DNA of 64,000 nucleotides from a virus (Duplodnaviria; Caudoviricetes): IMG/VR virus record IMGVR_UViG_2546826724_000006, positions 23,029 to 87,028 of that record; one strand, 5' to 3'. Shown piece by piece: positions 58,780 to 64,000 of this stretch (position 1 is its first letter; each line of letters starts with the position of its first letter). The notes under the pieces were generated by a model. It saw only the letters and a program-made list of their open reading frames with translations, ran no database searches and was not told where the DNA came from. The position numbers and the translations under genes were made by a program.

Positions 58780-61700
58780 CTACTCTTCTGCCTCGGCCAG
58801 ATCGGCGTCGGTGATCACACCACCGGCCCCGCCAGCCTCTTCGTTCTTGCGGTTCTGGAGGGCTTGGAGCGTCTCCGACGGCAGGTAGGCCGCTTTCCGG
58901 GCACCGTGCTCTGTTGCGTAGAAGCCCGGCAGCCACCCGCCGGCATCGGCTACTACGAAGCCCCCGTCTGTTGGATAGACTTTGACCATCTTCGCCTCCT
59001 AATCCTCCAACAAGGCCCGCACCGGCTTGCTCGCATCAATCTCCACAAGATGCGCTCGCCCGGCTGGCGTGATGAACCATGCGTCTACACGGCGGCCCGG
59101 GCCAGGGGCCGAACGGGACTCGACGAACCCTCGCTTGCGCAGGACCGCCATGGCCGATGGAAAGGCGCCGCGGCGCAGCCCCTGCGGGTAGAGCAAGCAG
59201 GACCGCAAAGCTGCTAGCTGGCGGCCTCGGACTGGCGCGGGTGGTTCGGTGGGCATGGCTACTGAAGTCGGGTGCTGGGCGGCTCCATCAAGCCGTTCCG
59301 GAGAGCCAGGGCCATCAGCTCGCCGTCCGTCAGAACCTTCCCATCCACGATCCAGAAGGCGAAGTCGTCGCCCATCGGCTGGACATCGCACCCGTAGGCG
59401 ATCAGGGCGTCGGCTGCCTCTTGGATCGGATCGTGGTCGCTCATGGGTTGAGGCTACCGCGGGCGGATCGCGCGGGGAAGGGATCCTCTAAGCGTAGTCA
59501 GATCCCGGCTGCCCCGGCTCGTTGCTGCCGGTGCAGGCGAAGCGGTGATCCGTCGCGTGGGGGCACCGCTTGTTGCCGCAGGTCGCGCACAGGATCATCC
59601 GCGAACGAAGGCGGCCATCAAACCATCCGTTGGGCTTGCAGGCGGCGCAAGAGCAGTTCGGCAGCCGCTCTCGCTCGCAGACTTCAGGCGTTGACCAATC
59701 CATCATCCACCCCTTCTCTCAACCCGCTGCCAGACGGAGATCCTGAGCGGGGGCGCTAGATCTGATAGCCCTGTGCTTTCACGAACTGCTCTGGCGCCAT
59801 CTCGCGCCAGCGGTCGGCTTGCCTCTGATAGTAGGCCACCACCTCGGCCTGAGCCTCAGCCAGCGAGAGGCCGCATTCCGTGCCAAGGCAGCAATCGTAC
59901 TGCCGGCAGCTACTCATCGCCGGCTCGATGCAAATGCCGTCCTGGCCGATGCGGAGGTTCCAGCGTTCCTCAGGCATCCGAACCCTCCCCCGCAGAGAGG
60001 GCGGCGCGATCCGCCAGCCAAGCCTGCTTGTAGGCGCTGTTGCTGAGGCCTCGGTATTGAAGCCCCTCCATCGTCGCGGACGTGGTTGCGGCCGACCGAT
60101 AGCGATCCAGCACGCTCTCCAGCCGCTCAATCTCGTCCAGCAGGCTACCGACGTCAGTGGGAGCCATGAACGCGCCGGTCGTGCCGTTCGCGATCTCACG
60201 GTAGATCCGCAGGTGGCTGTAGCTCAGAGGGCTCCCGGGGCGGCGATCCGAAGGCGACATCCCTCAGCCCTCCTTGGTGGGGGGCGGGGTAAGAGCCACG
60301 CAAAGCCGCTGCTGGGCGTGCGAGTGCTTGATGGTCCCAATCGCCTCTTCGGCAGTTGCTCGCGGCGCGGCAATCTCGGAATAGAGCTGGTCCCGTAATC
60401 TGCACACTGCGCACGACGCACACGTCATTGAAGTAGTTCTCGGGCTTGAGTCCCAAGGCGCATTGGGCATCGGCATCGGCTAGCCCTCCTCGGTGGGAGC
60501 AGGGGAGGAGAGGGGCCGGAACAGCTTCCCTAGTCGCTGCCAGAGTGGATCGCTGCTCGGCAGCCCTTCAAGCATCTTGGTTGCCACGACCGGCGGGATC
60601 TTGGACCCGTTACGGGCGCACTGCTCAAGCCATGCCATCTGGCATTCGTAGTCGGCCTGGGTCTTCGGCCGACGCGGCTCGTTAGTGATGTAGAAGCCGT
60701 GCGATTGGGTGTTAGCGACGAGGCCTGTGACGAAGAAGTCGCTGATTGCCGGCCCCTTAGACGGTTCTCGCTCCGGCTCTGTTGGCTGCCATCCACCCTC
60801 ATAGGTCTGCGTCTCGCTCATCCTCTCCTCCTCTACGCGTCCTTGATGGCGAGGCGTCCGGCTTCGGTGATGCGCCACTGGTGGCGGCTGTTCATGTGGG
60901 CCATCTTCTCGCTGAAGCGTTCGGCGTAGCCCCGCCGAGCGAGCGCCTTCACCACGCACTCATCGGTGATGTCGGCCACGGGCGTCTGAGCGAGCCACCG
61001 CAGCAGTTCGATCTGATGCAGGCTCATCTTCTTGGCCATCACTGCTCTCCTTGGAGCGGGGCTTCGGAAAGGGCGGAACGGACTTCACGCCAAACCTGGC
61101 TGTACAGAAGTACCGCCCCGATCTCATCGCCCCCTGACTGTTTACGGCCGGACTCGTCGACTAGGCGAAGCGCCTTCTCCAGCCTCTCCACGCGGGCGAG
61201 GGCATGTCGACGCTGGCTCGCCTCGACCTTGGCGGCCTGCTCCCATTCCTCTCGCCGAGCCTCTGCTTCTCCCAGCCGGGACAGGATCGCGGCGGTGAGG
61301 GCTGAACGGGCTTCGGTGGCCTCCTCCTCCCTACGGTTGCGACCTCTTTCGCTTCCAAAGAAGGTGCCTCCGTTTCTGCGCTCGACGACGCACAGCGCCT
61401 CAATCGCCGTAGCGATCTCCTCTGGAAGCTCTGATCGGGAAAGGGAGAGGGCGTCAGGCATGGGGAGGCTCCTCAGGAAAACGACAGCTTCCGCAGCTTG
61501 GCGACCGACCTTTCGTAGCTGGCGATCTTGGCGAGGCGCATTTGCTCGGCTCGGGCCAGAGCAGCTTCACGGGTGCGGTGCCAGTCTTGGCGATGGAAGT
61601 AGTTCCAGTTGTATCTCCCCTTGATGCTGACCATGCCGAGCCCGTCGTCGATAACGCCCTCGCGCTCTTCGATGCCCTTCGTCAGCGCGTACTTCGTGAT

Positions 61701-62036
61701 GAAAACGGTCTGCGGCTCGTCGCTCATCGCTTGCTCTCCTATCTGCGCAGAATGGCTAGGCGGGGTCAGACAGCCGCCGACCGCAGAACGATGCCGGACG
61801 GGAGGCGGCTGATGTGACCGTTGCGCCCGCACCAATGCGTCGGGGCGTGACCGCGCTTCTCCGCCCAGCGCACCGCGCCGACCAGGGTTCTCTCCTCGGT
61901 GTCGAAGGTATCGATCTCATGCGTGCCGAGCCGGACGCGGACCCAGTAGGCCTTGTCGCCCTCAACGATCATGCAGCGCGGCTCCCGGAGGCCGGGAACG
62001 CTCGTGTCCATCATCTCGGATGCAGGATCGCTCATC
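58780..62036 (-). other. Leftward array of small hypothetical phage ORFs
   Basis: Packed minus-strand ORFs (58780-58989, 59259-59444, 59488-59706, 59970-60260, 60833-61042, 61039-61461 etc.). Confidence 0.7.
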
Positions 62037-62047
62037 GCTTCGCCTCT

Positions 62048-62116
62048 ATAAACGGTACCGTCTATTGAAGTGGTACGCCTCGCCGTGTAGGCTGTCAACA
62101 TAAACGGTACCGTTTA
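62048..62116 (-). promoter_or_regulatory. Leftward promoter flanked by palindromic operators
   Basis: TAAACGGTACCGTTTA (62101-62116), ATAAACGGTACCGT (62048-62061), minus-strand TTGACA at 62098-62093. Confidence 0.75.
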
Positions 62117-62162
62117 GGAGCAAGCCTTGCCCGAAATCGTCGGGTCCGTCAGAAGCGCGACC

Positions 62163-62366
62163 ATGGGGCGTCCAGCGCTACACATGACGCCGACACAGGT
62201 GCGGCTGCCGAAGGTCGTGCGCGACCGGATCACCGATCTCGTCGGCAAGAAGGGCATGGCCGCCTTCATCCGCGAGGCCATTGAGGAGAAGCTGGCGGCG
62301 ACCGAGGCTCAGCCCCCTCGCAAACCATCTTCCGCCCGCGAGCGCACCAACCCCAAACCCGACTAA
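62163..62366 (+). CDS. Ribbon-helix-helix regulator
   Basis: MGRPAL..TQVRLP..DRITDLVG..MAAFIREAIEEKL. Confidence 0.75.
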   Translation: MGRPALHMTPTQVRLPKVVRDRITDLVGKKGMAAFIREAIEEKLAATEAQPPRKPSSARERTNPKPD

Positions 62367-62423
62367 CCCCTCCCTCCCCACACCAACCTCAATCCAAGAG
62401 ATCTAGACGGAGAGGGGGGTAGG

Positions 62424-62903
62424 CTACCAGACAGCCACTCTGCGCATGTGGTCCAGCCGCTCCCAAGCAGCCTTGGTCCAGAGCGCATCGGCGAGAGCGT
62501 CGTGCTCGTTCTCCTGCGCCGGCATGTCTGGGTTGCCGAGTTCGGAGCGCCACTGCTGGACGTCACGGACGAACATCGGCCAGCCCTTCGGCAGGTCGAT
62601 CATCCGGCCGAAAAGCTGGCAGAGCACGACCCAGTCGTAGGAGGCGTAGTAGGCCCAAAACTCGGGCTTCTCGCCCGCGAACGCTAGGATCGCGCGGCGA
62701 AGCGCGCCTCGGCTCATCTCGGTCGCCCCGCCTCGCAAATGCGGCTTGACGTTCTCTCGCAGCCAATCGGACTGACTGGCGACCTCGGGGGCTAGGTCCG
62801 TCTCGCCATAGAAGGTTGCCCCATCCTCACGCACCATGCCGATGCTGATCAGGCTGATGGAATGGCCGTCCTCATAGAACTCGGTGTCGAACCAGATGCG
62901 CAT
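62424..62903 (-). CDS. DEDDh 3'-5' exonuclease (Rv2179c-like)
   Basis: WFDTEF..LISIG, YASYDWV, HDALADA. Confidence 0.88.
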   Translation of the reverse strand: MRIWFDTEFYEDGHSISLISIGMVREDGATFYGETDLAPEVASQSDWLRENVKPHLRGGATEMSRGALRRAILAFAGEKPEFWAYYASYDWVVLCQLFGRMIDLPKGWPMFVRDVQQWRSELGNPDMPAQENEHDALADALWTKAAWERLDHMRRVAVW

Positions 62904-63757
62904 CAGAAACCCCTCCGAGGTGCGGCAGACGCCAAAAAAAGCGCAAGAGTCTCAAATGCCGGTCTTTGCCGAGGTGCGGCGTCTAACGCATTGGTGGCGT
63001 AGGCAAATCGGACAACTGCTCGGGGAGCCATCCACTTACCAACATCTTGATCTGACTCAGTTTTCGGCATCCCGGCCTGCGGCGGGCTCTGAGGCCGGGA
63101 ACAGCGTTGCCGTTCCGGCATTCGGCAATACGCGCGGCGCGCTGTGCTCGACTGGCGCGAGGCAGAGAGGCCGGCGGCGGGGCCGATTGCGGCGGCTGCA
63201 GGACGGCGCCCGTCGAGGCGGCGTCGCGGATCGTTCCTCGCCCGTCGCCGCCGGATCCGACGCGCGATGGTATCGATGGAGTTCGGGATGCTTCGGGCCC
63301 GCTCGAACGTCTCTGTCGGGCAGCCTTGCCGCTCGGAGGCGGCGCGCTGAGCGACGACGACAGCCACGACGGTGATCCCGATGTCGGGCGACATGCTCGG
63401 ACCCTTGGTCCTCGCGGCCGTCTTCACGCTGGGCTGCCTCAGCATCCACAGCGCGCGCAGGCATCCGGACGCCGTGACCATCGGCCTGCTTCTGCTGCTC
63501 GGCTTGCTGGCGACCCTGTACGTCGGCCAGCACGTCGGATTGGACGCGCGCCACCCCACTTGGCAGCACGAGGTCTTGCACCGTGAGCCAAGCCCGGCGT
63601 CGCGTCCGACGATGTGACGGGTGCGGCATCTCCTTGCCACCGCGTTCGGCCGCACCGACATCGGCGGCGCCGCCGCCCCGCAGCCCCACCCTCAGACGCG
63701 TGTGGCCGGGCGCCGGGCGCGACCTAGATCCCGGATCCACCCTGCGAGAGACCGGTC

Positions 63758-64000
63758 ATGGCCTTCACCGATCCGAACGAACCCAGCGCGACGTCGATCA
63801 GCGACCAGGAGTTGGTCAACACCCTGATCGAGCGCAAGGAAGCCGGCGAGCCGGTCGACGCCGACATCCTGGCGCTCCTGACCGACATGGAACGGCTGGG
63901 GCTCACCGGCACGGATGCCTACGCGACCCTCGACGCGTATCGGCCGGGGCCCACGGTCGGGGCAACCGGCGGCGACGACGAGGCCGAGACGATGTCGTAG
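63758..64000 (+). CDS. Hypothetical acidic protein
   Basis: 80-aa ORF at window end. Confidence 0.45.
   Translation: MAFTDPNEPSATSISDQELVNTLIERKEAGEPVDADILALLTDMERLGLTGTDAYATLDAYRPGPTVGATGGDDEAETMS

Overview
GC-rich window, probably alphaproteobacterial (inferred from composition and gene content). It holds the late region of a contractile-tailed prophage: NusG-type antiterminator, TerS/TerL, DUF1073-type portal, MuF minor head protein, DUF2213 protease/scaffold, DUF2184 capsid, DUF3383 sheath, tube, tape measure, baseplate, fibres and lysis genes. The main observation is that the major capsid gene is split in frame by an 18,307-bp element (9969-28286) bounded by the direct repeat TACCAGACCAT, with IHF-consensus sites, arm-like repeats and a terminator at its ends. 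The element has two tandem tyrosine integrases, an excisionase-like HTH, a helicase, a serine resolvase and a CI-like antisense RNA. It has its own terminase whose C-terminal peptide matches the helper TerL, a mini-scaffold mimic, and its own tail chaperone, spike, hub and tape measure with a different lysozyme domain. It has no capsid, portal, tube or sheath. It looks like a satellite living inside its helper's capsid gene: excision restores the capsid ORF, and the satellite may swap the DNA-injection core of the tail. Second, the MuF gene contains an intein whose interior encodes an HTH/PD-(D/E)xK endonuclease on the opposite strand. Family names come from motif recognition only; no database search was run.
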